The notes: generated from the letters alone by a model not told the origin. Positions 1 through 8,923 are shown, numbered from the stretch's first letter. The stretch is DNA of 24,000 bases from Halorubrum sp. BV1 (GCF_000746205.1 NZ_JQKV01000001.1:143652-167651); one strand, 5' to 3'. Translations and numbers: made by a program.

Positions 1-501
1 AAGCGTTTGGCCCGCCTCGTAGCTCTCGGGTCGGAGGAAGTGCCAGTTTTCGGCGTCGGCGTCGACGCCCTGCTGGCCGGCGTACTCGCGGAGCACGTCG
101 GGCGTGTCGCGCTCGGGGTCGAACGTGAGCGCGAGAAGCGCGAGTTCGTCTCCGTACCCGCCCTCGGCGGCGGCCGCCTGCGCTCTGCGGAGTCGGAGGA
201 TGAGCGCCGGGCAGACGCCGTCGGGACAATTGGTGTAAAAGGAGGTCCACAGCACTGCGCGCTCGCCCTCGTAGTCCGCGACGGTGACGTCCTCGCCGGT
301 GATCGGGTCGGGGACGGTGACGTTCGGCATCTCGTCTCCGTAACTCGGGTGGGAGGCCTCGCTCAGGTCTTGCTCGGGAGGGCCGAGCACCGTTCCCTCG
401 GCTCCGGAGGACCCGAGCGCTCCGAGACAGCCGGCGGTCGCAGCGCTTGCGGCGACGCCGGCCGCACCGGCGACCGATCGAATGTAACTGCGGCGATCCA
501 T
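1..501 (-). CDS. SCO1/SenC-family thioredoxin-fold copper chaperone with a predicted Tat/lipoprotein signal. Partial: the C-terminus runs off the window start.
   Basis: Absent from the ORF track because it is open at the window edge. My reverse-strand translation from the ATG (complement of 499-501) reads MDRRSYIRSVAGAAGVAASAATAGCLGA..., which has a twin-Arg and an AGC lipobox-like motif. It continues ...WTSFYTNCPDGVCPALI (the CxxxCP motif of SCO proteins) ...LTFDPERDTPDVLREYAGQQGV. The frame stays open for 167 codons to position 1. Confidence 0.75.
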   Translation of the reverse strand, partial: MDRRSYIRSVAGAAGVAASAATAGCLGALGSSGAEGTVLGPPEQDLSEASHPSYGDEMPNVTVPDPITGEDVTVADYEGERAVLWTSFYTNCPDGVCPALILRLRRAQAAAAEGGYGDELALLALTFDPERDTPDVLREYAGQQGVDADAENWHFLRPESYEAGQTL

Positions 502-699
502 TGGGTACGTACAGGTTCGTGGACGCTCGTAAATGAACCTCGCGGCTGATCGCACGCGGTGAGCACGACCGATTTCGGCGGTCCACGCCTCTCGGTCGTG
601 TCAAACAACGCGTATCGAACGTGACGATCGGCCGCCACAGTCCGTGGTACCGTGACCCTCGCAAGGGTTATCCCCGAACGGGCAGTACGTTTGTTTGCA

Positions 700-906
700 A
701 TGGCAAACGGTAAGGTTGATTTCTTCAACGACACTGGCGGCTACGGTTTCATCTCGACTGACGACGGCGACCTCGACGACGACGAAGACGTGTTCTTCCA
801 CATGGAAGACGTCGGCGGCCCGGACCTCGAAGAGGGCCAGGAAGTGGAGTTCGACATCGAGTCCTCGCCCAAGGGACCCCGAGCGACGAACCTCGTCCGT
901 AACTAA
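700..906 (+). CDS. csp: Cold-shock domain protein (CspA family)
   Basis: MANGKVDFFNDTGGYGFISTDDGDLDDDEDVFFHMEDVGGPDLEEGQEVEFDIESSPKGPRATNLVRN. This carries the RNP1-like GYGFI and RNP2-like VFFH motifs at the typical ~68 aa length. The track ORF starts at 652, but the ATG at 700 gives the canonical N-terminus. Confidence 0.9.
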   Translation: MANGKVDFFNDTGGYGFISTDDGDLDDDEDVFFHMEDVGGPDLEEGQEVEFDIESSPKGPRATNLVRN

Positions 907-1083
907 CTACCGGATCCCGGCGTCGCTCGACGCGATCGGCGACCGATTCCGATTTCTCACGTACTCTCCACACGACGAGTGACTTCTGTCGGCTCGCGGC
1001 CGCGACGACGCATTCTGTTTCGTCCCCGACAGCATGTGATCGTGTTCCGTCCTCGCCAGCATGCGGCCCGCCGCGATCGACCG

Positions 1084-1090
1084 TTTAAGT
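1084..1090 (+). promoter_or_regulatory. Candidate archaeal TATA box for radB (leaderless transcript)
   Basis: tttaagt lies about 27 nt upstream of the GTG start at 1114, which is typical haloarchaeal TATA-to-start spacing. Confidence 0.4.
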
Positions 1091-1113
1091 ACGAGCGCGG
1101 TTGAGACTCCGAC

Positions 1114-1821
1114 GTGACCGATCCGATCCCGACCGGCTGCGGCCCGGTCGACGACCTGTTGGACGGCGGGTTCGAGCGCGGCGTCGTCACGCAGGTGTAC
1201 GGACCGCCCGCTGCGGGGAAGACCAACCTCGCGCTCGCGGCCGCGGTCGAGGTCGCGGCCGGCGGCGACCGCGCGCTCTACGTCGACACCGAGGGGCTCT
1301 CGATCGACCGGTTTGAGCAGGTGGCCTCGGGCCGGCTGGACCGTTCGGACACCGACGAGACGGTCGAGGAGATCGCTTCGCGGGTGATCATCACGGAGGC
1401 GTACGACTTCGACGACCAGCGCGAGGCGGTCCGCGACGCGGCGGAGCTCGCACCGGAGGTCGACTTGATCGTCGTCGACTCCGCTACCGGCTTCTACCGT
1501 CTCGAACGCGCCGACGACGTCGAGACGGGAGACTCGCTCCGAGCGGTGGCGAAACAGGTGACACACCTCCTCTCTCTGGCCCGCAGACACGACTTGGCCG
1601 TCGTGATCACGAATCAGGTGTTCAGCGATCCGGACAGCGACCGGGACCGCGCGCTCGGCGGCAACACGCTCAACCACTGGACAGGTGCGATCGTCCGCGT
1701 CGACCGCTTCAGAGGGGGGAACCGCCGGGCGACGCTGGAGAAACACCGGTCGAAGCCCGCCGGCGAGTCGGCGGCGTTCCAGATCGTGGCCGACGGCCTC
1801 GCCGAGGGGACCGACGCCTGA
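1114..1821 (+). CDS. radB: DNA repair and recombination protein RadB (RecA/RadA paralogue)
   Basis: 235 aa with a GTG start. It has Walker A GPPAAGKT, a Walker B-like LIVVDS, and the short RadA-core-only architecture. The sequence includes GCGPVDDLLDGGFERGVVTQVYG and ends ...LEKHRSKPAGESAAFQI. Confidence 0.85.
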   Translation: MTDPIPTGCGPVDDLLDGGFERGVVTQVYGPPAAGKTNLALAAAVEVAAGGDRALYVDTEGLSIDRFEQVASGRLDRSDTDETVEEIASRVIITEAYDFDDQREAVRDAAELAPEVDLIVVDSATGFYRLERADDVETGDSLRAVAKQVTHLLSLARRHDLAVVITNQVFSDPDSDRDRALGGNTLNHWTGAIVRVDRFRGGNRRATLEKHRSKPAGESAAFQIVADGLAEGTDA

Positions 1822-1848
1822 TCGGCGATTCATACAACTCTGTTGTCA

Positions 1849-1860
1849 TTTTTGTGTTTT
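1849..1860 (+). terminator. Oligo-T tract, candidate archaeal terminator after radB
   Basis: tttttgtgtttt lies about 28 nt downstream of the radB stop codon. Confidence 0.4.
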
Positions 1861-1872
1861 CGTTCGGACGTG

Positions 1873-1880
1873 AAATTTAA
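1873..1880 (+). promoter_or_regulatory. Candidate TATA box for the S8 protease gene
   Basis: aaatttaa lies about 29 nt upstream of the ATG at 1906. Confidence 0.4.
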
Positions 1881-1905
1881 CCTCGCCGCGACCGGCTACT
1901 GATCA

Positions 1906-4900
1906 ATGAGCGATCGGAGGGACCGCGCACTGACCGTGGCTGTGGGTCTCGTCGTCGCGTGCGTCCTCGCCGCGGCCGTCACGCCGGCGGCGGTCGCGGC
2001 CGGCCTCGAACCGATCGGCGGCACGGATGTCGCCGCCGATGGGAACGGTATCGGGGCGGGAGCGGACGACTCGATCGGCGACGAGACGACCGCACCGTCC
2101 GTCTCACACCCGGCCGCCGTCGACGGGGGCTCGCGCACCGACCGGAACGCGATCGGACCTGGACTCCGGTCGGCGAACGGGACGGTGGAGGTCGTCGTGC
2201 GGTTCGAGGATACCGCACAGATCGAACGGAGCCGGGCGAACGGAGGGGCCGGCGTCTCGACGGCCGACCTCAAAACGAACGCCGATGGGGCGCAGGCCGA
2301 GTTCGACCGGTTCGCGGCTGGTAACGGTGCGATCTCGGTAGACCGGGACTTCTGGCTCGCGAACGCGAAGCTGGTCACGGTCGACACCGACCGCGTGCCG
2401 ATCGACCGGCTCCTCGACGTTCCCGGCGTCGAGCGCGTCCACGAGAACTTCCGCGTCGAACTCGACACCGCGGCGGCGAGCGCGGGGGATGGCGGGTCCG
2501 GACCCACGGCCGGATCGCTCGACTCGCCGACGCCGACCGCCCAGACCGTCTCCACCGCGTCGGTCGACGCGACCTACGGCGTCGAGATGGTTCGCGCGCC
2601 CGAGGTGTGGGCGGAGTTCGACACTCGGGGTGGGGGCACGACGGTCGCCGTACTCGACACGGGTGTCGACCCCGACCATCCGGACCTGACGGTGAGCGGG
2701 TGGGCGGAGATCGACGAGAACGGGAACGTGATCGAGAACGACGACGGCCCGTATGACCTGAACGGCCACGGGACGCACGTCGCAGGGACGGTCGCCGGTG
2801 GCAACGCGAGCGGGACCGCGATCGGCGTCGCTCCCAACGCGTCGGTTCACGCCATCAAGGTGTTTCCTGACGACGATCGATCGACGACGTTCACGCGCAT
2901 TCTCGGCGGCATGGAACATGCGACGCAAGATTCGGAGGTGGACGTGCTCCAAATGAGTCTCGGAGCCGACGGATACTACTCGGAGTTCATCGATCCGGTC
3001 AGGAACGCTCGGAGTACCGGAAAGGTCGTCGTTGCGTCGTCGGGGAACACCGACACCGAACCGTCGAGTACCCCCGGAAACGTATACGACTCTCTCGCTG
3101 TCGGAGCCGTCGATTCGAACCGCGACGTCGCCTCCTTTTCTGGCGGCGAACGGATCAATACGAGCGACACATGGGGGAGCGACGCTCCCGCAGAGTGGCC
3201 CGACGAGTACGTCGTACCGGACGTGACGGGACCCGGCGTCGGCGTGGACTCGGCCGAACCCGGCGGCACCTACGGAACGAAATCAGGCACTTCGATGGCT
3301 GCGCCACACGTCTCCGGCGCCGTCGCTCTGATGATCTCGGCGAGCACGCGAGACGTCGGTGACGACGAGCTGTACGACACCCTCCGGGACACGGCCGACC
3401 ACCCCTCGGACGCCACGGACCCGGACGCGGACTACGGGACCGGGATCGTCGACGCGTACGCCGCGGTGTCGGCGATCACGGAACCGGATTCGAACTTGAC
3501 GGTCACGAGCTTCGAGGCACCCGCGGAGACCGCGCCGGGAGCGACGATCGAGGCGACCGCGACAATCAACAACACCGGCCTCGATCCGGGGGCTGGGACC
3601 GTCGACTACCGGTTCAACGGCACCGCTGGCGACAATCGAACCGTCTCTCTCGACTCCGGCGAGGAGACAACGGTGTCGTTCGAGTACGTCGTCCCCACCG
3701 ACACGCCGACGAACGCGACGTACGAGCACGGCGTGTACACCGACGACTCGAACGCGACCGCCGCCGTCGACGTCGTCGACACGGCGTTTTACGAGGTGAC
3801 GAACGTCTCCGCGCCCGCGATAGTCGAGCGGAACGCGACGCTCGAAGCGACGGCGAACGCGACGAACTGGGGCGTGATCGCCGGCGACAACCGAACCGTC
3901 TCGCTCCGACTGACGGACCCCGAAAACGAGAGCGACACGCGAACGCTCGACGACGCAAACGTCTCGCTCAACTCGGGCGACGCCGCGAGCGTGACGCTGA
4001 ACGGGACCGTCCCGGACGCGTTCGGCACCGGCGTGACGACGCTGTCGATCGCCTCGCCGGACGACGAGACGGCGGCCGGGATCCGCGTCGCCGCGGCCGT
4101 CGGCACGGTGAACGGCACGGTCACCGACGAAGCGACGGACGCGACGCTCGCGGACGTCGACGTCGTCGTCCGGAATGGGACCGAGGTCGTCGGCGAGGCG
4201 AGCACCGACGCGGGCGGAACGTACGCGGTCAACGTGCCGGCAGCGGAGCTGAACGTCACGGCGAGCAACGCGACGTACGCACCGGCGACCGCGACCGTCA
4301 ATCTGAGCGGCTCCGGGGACACCGCGACAGCGAACCTTTCTCTCTCGCTCCGGAACGGCACGCTCGCGGGCGTCGTCGGTGCGACCGACGGGCTGTCGGG
4401 GCCGACGGACGCGATCGTAACGGTCCAAAATGAGACGAACGCGACTGTGTCGACGGCGACGGCGACCGACGACGGGGCGTACGAGACGACCCTCAGACCA
4501 GGGACGTATAGCCTCTCTGCGAACGCGACGGACTTCGCCTCGGCGAACGAGACGGACGTGGTGATCGAGCCGAACCGTACGACCTCCCAGCCGATCGAAC
4601 TCGATCCGCTGCCCGCCACGCTCTCCGGCACGGTAACCGCGGCGGATGGGGGCGAGCCGATCGCGGGCGCGACGGTGACTGCCGGGACGGCGTCCAACAC
4701 GACCGATTCCGGTGGGTCGTACTCGCTTGAAACGGATCGCGGCGAGTACCGCGTGACCGCGTCGGCCGACGGGTACGCGGACGAGCGGCGAACGATCTCG
4801 TTGCCGGCGAACCGCTCTGTGAGCGCGAACTTCGCGCTCTCGCTCCCGCCGGAGTTTGCCATTACCGAGTTCACCGGGCCGAGTGAGATCGAACGGGGCT

Positions 4901-5535
4901 CCAGCGGCGACTTCGCGGTCACGATCGAGAACGCCGGCGGATCGCGCGGGGACGTGACCGTCTCGCTCGCTGTCTCTCCGAGCGGAAGCTCACAGTCACG
5001 CACGTTCTCCGGCGTGCCAGCGGGCGAGAACCGGACGACGACGTTCTCGATCTCGGTTGCGGACGACGCCTCGACCGGCCAGTACGACGCGACCGCGTCG
5101 ACGCCCCACGACACGCGGACCCGTTCGTTCTCGGTCGTGAGCGGAGACGACGAGACGACGGCCGGTGGCGGCGGTGGCGGCGGTGGAGGCGGAGGCGGAG
5201 GCGGCGGAATCGCTCCCCCCACCACCGAAGAACCGGACGAGCCGGAGAACACCACCGCGAACGGGACGGCGGCCCCGGACGACCCCGGTCGAGACGCGTC
5301 CGAGAACACGCCGGCAGACGCCACCGACGGAGCGGACGGGACGGACGACTCGGCCGGGGGCGCAAGCGACAGCGACGGCGGAGCCGAAACCGAGAGCGGA
5401 TCTGGTGACGTGGACGGTGGGGGCGGGTCGGGTGGCGGAACGCCGACGACCGACGGGAGTGTCCCCGGGTTCGGTGGCGCGGTCGGCGTTACCGCACTGC
5501 TCGCGGCTGCGGTGCTCGCGAGGCGGGACGCGTGA
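1906..5535 (+). CDS. Large secreted, cell-surface-anchored subtilisin-like serine protease (peptidase S8, halolysin-like). Architecture: signal peptide, I9 propeptide, S8 catalytic domain, CARDB and carboxypeptidase-regulatory-like repeats, Gly/acidic linker, PGF-CTERM anchor.
   Basis: N-terminus MSDRRDRALTVAVGLVVACVLAAAV is a signal peptide, possibly Tat. An I9-like propeptide follows (VEVVVRFED...VERVHENFRVEL). The catalytic triad motifs are VAVLDTGVD, HGTHVAGT and GTSMAAPHVSG. Repeated Ig-like modules follow (LTVTSFEAPAE..., YEVTNVSAP..., GTVNGTVTDEATDA..., GTLAGVVGATDG..., ATLSGTVTAADG..., FAITEFTGPSE...). The C-terminus is PGFGGAVGVTALLAAAVLARRDA. Confidence 0.9.
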   Translation: MSDRRDRALTVAVGLVVACVLAAAVTPAAVAAGLEPIGGTDVAADGNGIGAGADDSIGDETTAPSVSHPAAVDGGSRTDRNAIGPGLRSANGTVEVVVRFEDTAQIERSRANGGAGVSTADLKTNADGAQAEFDRFAAGNGAISVDRDFWLANAKLVTVDTDRVPIDRLLDVPGVERVHENFRVELDTAAASAGDGGSGPTAGSLDSPTPTAQTVSTASVDATYGVEMVRAPEVWAEFDTRGGGTTVAVLDTGVDPDHPDLTVSGWAEIDENGNVIENDDGPYDLNGHGTHVAGTVAGGNASGTAIGVAPNASVHAIKVFPDDDRSTTFTRILGGMEHATQDSEVDVLQMSLGADGYYSEFIDPVRNARSTGKVVVASSGNTDTEPSSTPGNVYDSLAVGAVDSNRDVASFSGGERINTSDTWGSDAPAEWPDEYVVPDVTGPGVGVDSAEPGGTYGTKSGTSMAAPHVSGAVALMISASTRDVGDDELYDTLRDTADHPSDATDPDADYGTGIVDAYAAVSAITEPDSNLTVTSFEAPAETAPGATIEATATINNTGLDPGAGTVDYRFNGTAGDNRTVSLDSGEETTVSFEYVVPTDTPTNATYEHGVYTDDSNATAAVDVVDTAFYEVTNVSAPAIVERNATLEATANATNWGVIAGDNRTVSLRLTDPENESDTRTLDDANVSLNSGDAASVTLNGTVPDAFGTGVTTLSIASPDDETAAGIRVAAAVGTVNGTVTDEATDATLADVDVVVRNGTEVVGEASTDAGGTYAVNVPAAELNVTASNATYAPATATVNLSGSGDTATANLSLSLRNGTLAGVVGATDGLSGPTDAIVTVQNETNATVSTATATDDGAYETTLRPGTYSLSANATDFASANETDVVIEPNRTTSQPIELDPLPATLSGTVTAADGGEPIAGATVTAGTASNTTDSGGSYSLETDRGEYRVTASADGYADERRTISLPANRSVSANFALSLPPEFAITEFTGPSEIERGSSGDFAVTIENAGGSRGDVTVSLAVSPSGSSQSRTFSGVPAGENRTTTFSISVADDASTGQYDATASTPHDTRTRSFSVVSGDDETTAGGGGGGGGGGGGGGGIAPPTTEEPDEPENTTANGTAAPDDPGRDASENTPADATDGADGTDDSAGGASDSDGGAETESGSGDVDGGGGSGGGTPTTDGSVPGFGGAVGVTALLAAAVLARRDA
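5164..5208 (+). repeat. Run of 15 consecutive glycine codons (GGN microsatellite) inside the protease gene
   Basis: ggt ggc ggc ggt ggc ggc ggt gga ggc gga ggc gga ggc ggc gga, in frame. It encodes G15 between the last Ig-like module and the acidic Thr/Asp/Gly-rich linker. Confidence 0.95.
5464..5532 (+). other. PGF-CTERM archaeosortase (ArtA) sorting signal
   Basis: A PGF tripeptide, then a hydrophobic helix (GGAVGVTALLAAAVLA), then a basic tail (RRDA), at the extreme C-terminus of the protease. Confidence 0.85.
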
Positions 5536-5591
5536 TCGGTGCGAGCGCCGACAGACGTCGTCTCAAGCGCGACAAAACGGAGGGGTCCCGG

Positions 5592-6731
5592 CTACAACTC
5601 GCCGAGTTTGCGGAGGAGCTGCCCGCGGTACTCTTCGTCCGCGTTCACGCCTTTGATCTCTAAGACGTTCCGCTCCAGTTTGTCGAGCGCGACGTGGAAC
5701 GCGTGTTCCGCGCCGTATCCCTCACCGGAGCCGCCGACCTGGCCCTCGTTCGTCCGAAGCCGGATCTGACACTGGATGAGCGGCGTGCCACGGAGCTTCT
5801 CCTTGTGCGCGTGAAAGCGGACGTGCGCGTGGATGACCTGCATCGCGGCGTACTTGTCTGCGACCTGCTCGATGGACTCGACGATGTGTTCTCGGTTGGT
5901 CGTATCGAGCAACTCGACGTTGGTGATCTGCACGTCCATCGAGTCCTGCTCGGTGAACGTGAGCGCGCGCAGCACGTCGGTTTTGGTCACCATTCCGGCG
6001 ACGGTGTCGGCGTCGTCCGGCGTGACGACCAGCCCGGAGATGTCGTTGTCGAACATCCGCTCGACGACAGCCTGTGCGGTCTCGTCAGCGGTCGCCGTGA
6101 CGACTGGGCTCGACATGATGTCGTAGACGGGGATGTCGAGCATCCGGTCGATGTCGCCGGCGCGGTCGCCGCTGCCCTGTCGCTCCTGATCGCGGACGAC
6201 GAACTCGACGATGTCGTTCGTGGTGACGACGCCCGCGAGCCGTCCGTCCTCGTCGAGCGTCGGCAGCCGCGAGATCCCGTTCTCGCGGAGGCGGTTGATC
6301 GCGCTCCCGACGCTGTCTTTCTCGCTGATCCCGATCACGTCCTCGGTCGCGATCTGGGCGACGGTGATCGCATCGAGGCTGTCGATGACCGCCTCCAGGA
6401 TCTGGTCGACCGTGATGATCCCGTACAGCTTCTCGCCCTCGTACACGGGTGCGATCTTCACGTCTCCCTCGACGAGGAGTCGCGCCGTCTCGCGGACGTC
6501 CTCGTGTCGATCGACAGACGGGGCTGGCTTCATCACGGCCGACACCTTCGTGTCGTCTTCCATCCGCGAGCGCATGAGCTGTTTCTCGCCGACGACGCCC
6601 GCGTACTCGCCGTCTTCTACGACGACGATCCCTTTCGGATTCTCCCGCTCAAAGATAGAACGGACCTTTGCGAGCCGCTCATCGACCTCCACTTCGACGT
6701 ATTCCGGCGCTGCAATATCAACGATATCCAT
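5592..6731 (-). CDS. Protein with four CBS domains (two Bateman pairs) and a C-terminal HPF/RaiA-like (ribosome-associated inhibitor / S30AE fold) domain
   Basis: I prefer the internal ATG at 6731 (MDIVDIAAPEYVEVEVDERL...) over the track start at 7019. The upstream extension overlaps the divergent HAD gene and reads as non-acidic junk. CBS-like repeats include VVVEDGEYAGVVGEKQL, IAPVYEGEKLYGIITVDQIL, RLPTLDEDGRLAGVVTTNDIV and GLVVTPDDADTVAGMVTKTDVL. The tail MDVQITNVELLDTTNREHIVESIEQVADKY...QCQIRLRTNEGQVGGSGEGYGAEHAFHVALDKLERNVLEIKG matches the HPF pattern (...ITG.NVE.T..LR.YV..K...L..Y......V.V.L......AID...DKLERQL) that I recall from bacterial HPF/YfiA. Confidence 0.8.
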   Translation of the reverse strand: MDIVDIAAPEYVEVEVDERLAKVRSIFERENPKGIVVVEDGEYAGVVGEKQLMRSRMEDDTKVSAVMKPAPSVDRHEDVRETARLLVEGDVKIAPVYEGEKLYGIITVDQILEAVIDSLDAITVAQIATEDVIGISEKDSVGSAINRLRENGISRLPTLDEDGRLAGVVTTNDIVEFVVRDQERQGSGDRAGDIDRMLDIPVYDIMSSPVVTATADETAQAVVERMFDNDISGLVVTPDDADTVAGMVTKTDVLRALTFTEQDSMDVQITNVELLDTTNREHIVESIEQVADKYAAMQVIHAHVRFHAHKEKLRGTPLIQCQIRLRTNEGQVGGSGEGYGAEHAFHVALDKLERNVLEIKGVNADEEYRGQLLRKLGEL

Positions 6732-6893
6732 GGTCCAGTTCGAAAGTTCGACCGGCCGGGTATTGAAAGTGCGGGAGTCGTCGCGTCGAGTGAGATACTC
6801 CCTCACGGGGCGATATTTCACCTCAGGCGGCCTCGAGCTGCGCGTACTCTCAATAGTGAAAGGTTTTTGCCCGTTACCGACGGACACGAGCGT

Positions 6894-7577
6894 GTGTACG
6901 ACGCCGTCGTCCTCGACAAGGACGGAGTGCTCGTCGGACGAACCTCGTTCGACACGCTCCGGGAGGCCGCGTGGGACGCGTTCGTAAGCGCCGGCGTCGA
7001 AGACCCGGATCTGGCTCACGTCGACGACGTCGCCGTTGGCGTCGACCCCGGGACGCTATCGACGATCTGTGAGCGGTACGGCCTCGATCCGACCGAATTC
7101 TGGCGTATCCGCGACGAGGTCGCGGCGGCGGCACAGATCGCCGCCGCGCGCAGCGGACAGAAGACCCCATACGAGGACGTCGACGCGCTTCGCTACCTCG
7201 ACGCCTCGCTCGGCGTCGTCTCCTCGAACCAGCAGGAGACGGTTGACGCCGTTCTCGACCACTTCGGACTGTCCGGCCGGTTCGAGGTCGCCTACGGTCG
7301 GGAACCGTCGATAGCGAGCCTCTCACGAAAGAAGCCGTCGCCGTACTATCTCGAACGTGCGCTCGACGCGCTCGACGCCGAGACGGCGATATTCGTCGGC
7401 GACAACGAGTCCGACATCCGCGCGGCCGACAACGCCGGCATCGACTCCGCGTTCATCCGTCGACCTCACCGGCGATCGACGGAACTCACCTGTCACCCGA
7501 CCTACGAGATCGACGACCTCCACGACCTCGTGAGCATCTGCGGACGGGCACCCGTGGATAACAGCCGCGAGGCGTAG
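6894..7577 (+). CDS. HAD-superfamily hydrolase (subfamily IA, phosphatase-like)
   Basis: The GTG at 6894 gives (M)YDAVVLDKDGVL, placing motif I (DxDG) three residues from the N-terminus. Motif II is LGVVSSN, motif III is KKPSPYYL, and motif IV is FVGDNESDIRAADNAGI. The 627-aa track ORF (5694..7577) is an artefactual 5' extension antisense to the CBS gene. A TTG at 6867 is an alternative start. Confidence 0.75.
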   Translation: MYDAVVLDKDGVLVGRTSFDTLREAAWDAFVSAGVEDPDLAHVDDVAVGVDPGTLSTICERYGLDPTEFWRIRDEVAAAAQIAAARSGQKTPYEDVDALRYLDASLGVVSSNQQETVDAVLDHFGLSGRFEVAYGREPSIASLSRKKPSPYYLERALDALDAETAIFVGDNESDIRAADNAGIDSAFIRRPHRRSTELTCHPTYEIDDLHDLVSICGRAPVDNSREA

Positions 7578-7739
7578 GGTCGACCGTATCGGCATTGCTC
7601 GTCCACCGAGCCGCCTCGCGACACCGAATCGTCGCGCTCAGGCCGAACGGCCGCATTCCACGGTCTCGCGGGATACGTGTGTCGGTAGCCCTGCTCGGTA
7701 CTGCTAGCAGTACGGTTATTTCCGCCTGCCCCGTGGCGA

Positions 7740-8510
7740 ATGGTGATGTCAACGGATCCCAGTTCTGACCTCGACGAACAGGTAGCGATCGTGACCGGCG
7801 CGTCGTCCGGGATTGGCGAGGCCACGGCCGAAGCTCTGGCTTCCCGGGGCGCGAGCGTTGTCCTCGCTGCTCGTCGCGAGAACGAACTCGACGCGCTCGC
7901 CGACAACATCGAGGCGGACGGAGGGACTGCGCTGTCCGTCCCGACCGATGTCACAGCGGAAGATGACATCGACGCACTCGTCGAATCGACGCTCGACGCG
8001 TTCGGATCGATTGATATCCTCGTGAACAACGCGGGCGTGATGCTCTTGGAACCCGTCGAGCGCGCCGACCGCGAGAACTTCCGGCAGATGGTCGAAGTGA
8101 ACTTGCTGGGGTTGATGAACCTCACCCACGCCGCCCTTCCGGTGATGCAAGAACAGGGCGCTGGTCACATCGTCAACATTTCGTCGACGGCCGGTCGGAA
8201 CGCGAACGCGAACAGTTCCGGATACAACGCGACGAAGTTCGGGGTCAACGCGTTCACCGAAGCCCTTCGTCAGGAGGTTACCACCGAAGGCGTCCGAACG
8301 ACGATCATCGAACCGGGCGCGGTCGACACCGAACTCCCGGATCACATTCCGGACGACGAGATCAAAGAACAGCTCGAAGCGGGCCTGCTCGACTCGATGA
8401 CGCCGCTCCAGAGCGAGGATATCGCACGCGCGATCACGTACGCCGTGACCCAACCGCAGCACGTCAGCGTCAACGAGATGCTCGTCCGGCCGACAGACCA
8501 GCAACGTTGA
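7740..8510 (+). CDS. Short-chain dehydrogenase/reductase (classical SDR family oxidoreductase)
   Basis: Carries VAIVTGASSGIGEATA (TGxxxGxG), NNAGV, SSTAG...YNATKF (catalytic S/YxxxK) and PGAVDTEL. Length 256 aa. Confidence 0.9.
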   Translation: MVMSTDPSSDLDEQVAIVTGASSGIGEATAEALASRGASVVLAARRENELDALADNIEADGGTALSVPTDVTAEDDIDALVESTLDAFGSIDILVNNAGVMLLEPVERADRENFRQMVEVNLLGLMNLTHAALPVMQEQGAGHIVNISSTAGRNANANSSGYNATKFGVNAFTEALRQEVTTEGVRTTIIEPGAVDTELPDHIPDDEIKEQLEAGLLDSMTPLQSEDIARAITYAVTQPQHVSVNEMLVRPTDQQR

Positions 8511-8923
8511 TATCGCTGAAGCGCGCGAGGCTTTCTCTTCGGGTCTCCTAACACCATCTGCGGGTCGTTCCGCTCCGAGACGTCGTACTGTTTCTGTCCG
8601 CCCCTCCCGCCGTTGCTTGAGCGCTCGGTACGCTGTCCTAGGACGACTGTCGAGCGGTGTTTCCGTGTCTTCTCTTCGTTCGGCCTCGGCACGAACGGTT
8701 TCGACTTGGTCTGGTGACCATGCCTGATGGAACCCTTGCCACCCGACTCATCGCCGGCGGAATCGGTGTCTTTCAGTCGTTCTTGTCGACGTGACTGTCG
8801 GACCGAGCGTCGTCGAACCCGTCGTCGCCGCGTCTAGTTTCCGGGTCGCTTTCGGACTGCTCGCGGTCCACTGCCGGCGCGGCGGCACTCTGAATAACCG
8901 AACCCTCAGTGGCCGCCGGTATC

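Noticed and set aside
7-734. Track ORFs 7..549 (+, 180 aa) and 363..734 (-, 123 aa)
   Set aside because: Both are Arg/Gly/Ala-rich with no motifs. The minus-strand frame ending at the ATG at 501 gives a clean SCO1/SenC protein with a signal peptide and the CxxxCP motif, so these two are shadow ORFs of a high-GC gene.
907-1833. 308-aa ORF antisense to radB
   Set aside because: It is Arg-rich and non-acidic, fully overlaps the well-supported radB frame, and is a typical high-GC antisense artefact.
2104-5365. Several long minus-strand ORFs inside the protease gene (2104..2952, 3283..4428, 3789..5324, 4919..5365) and short plus-strand off-frame ORFs
   Set aside because: Their Arg/Pro/Ser-rich, low-complexity translations include a poly-Pro mirror of the poly-Gly tract. 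The plus-strand frame carries the full S8 catalytic triad and PGF-CTERM, so these are shadow ORFs.
5694-6893. 5' two-thirds of the 627-aa track ORF 5694..7577, and ORF 6211..6987
   Set aside because: This part is antisense to the CBS-domain gene and has no HAD-like sequence. HAD motif I (DKDG) lies just after the GTG at 6894, so the real gene is 6894..7577.
6732-7019. N-terminal 96-aa extension of the CBS protein ORF (track start 7019)
   Set aside because: The extension would overlap the divergent HAD gene and its promoter region, and it lacks CBS features. The ATG at 6731 gives a protein that begins directly with the first CBS repeat.
7749-8504. 251-aa ORF antisense to the SDR gene, and ORF 8342..8692 (-)
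   Set aside because: They are Arg-rich with no motifs. The plus frame has the complete SDR signature set.
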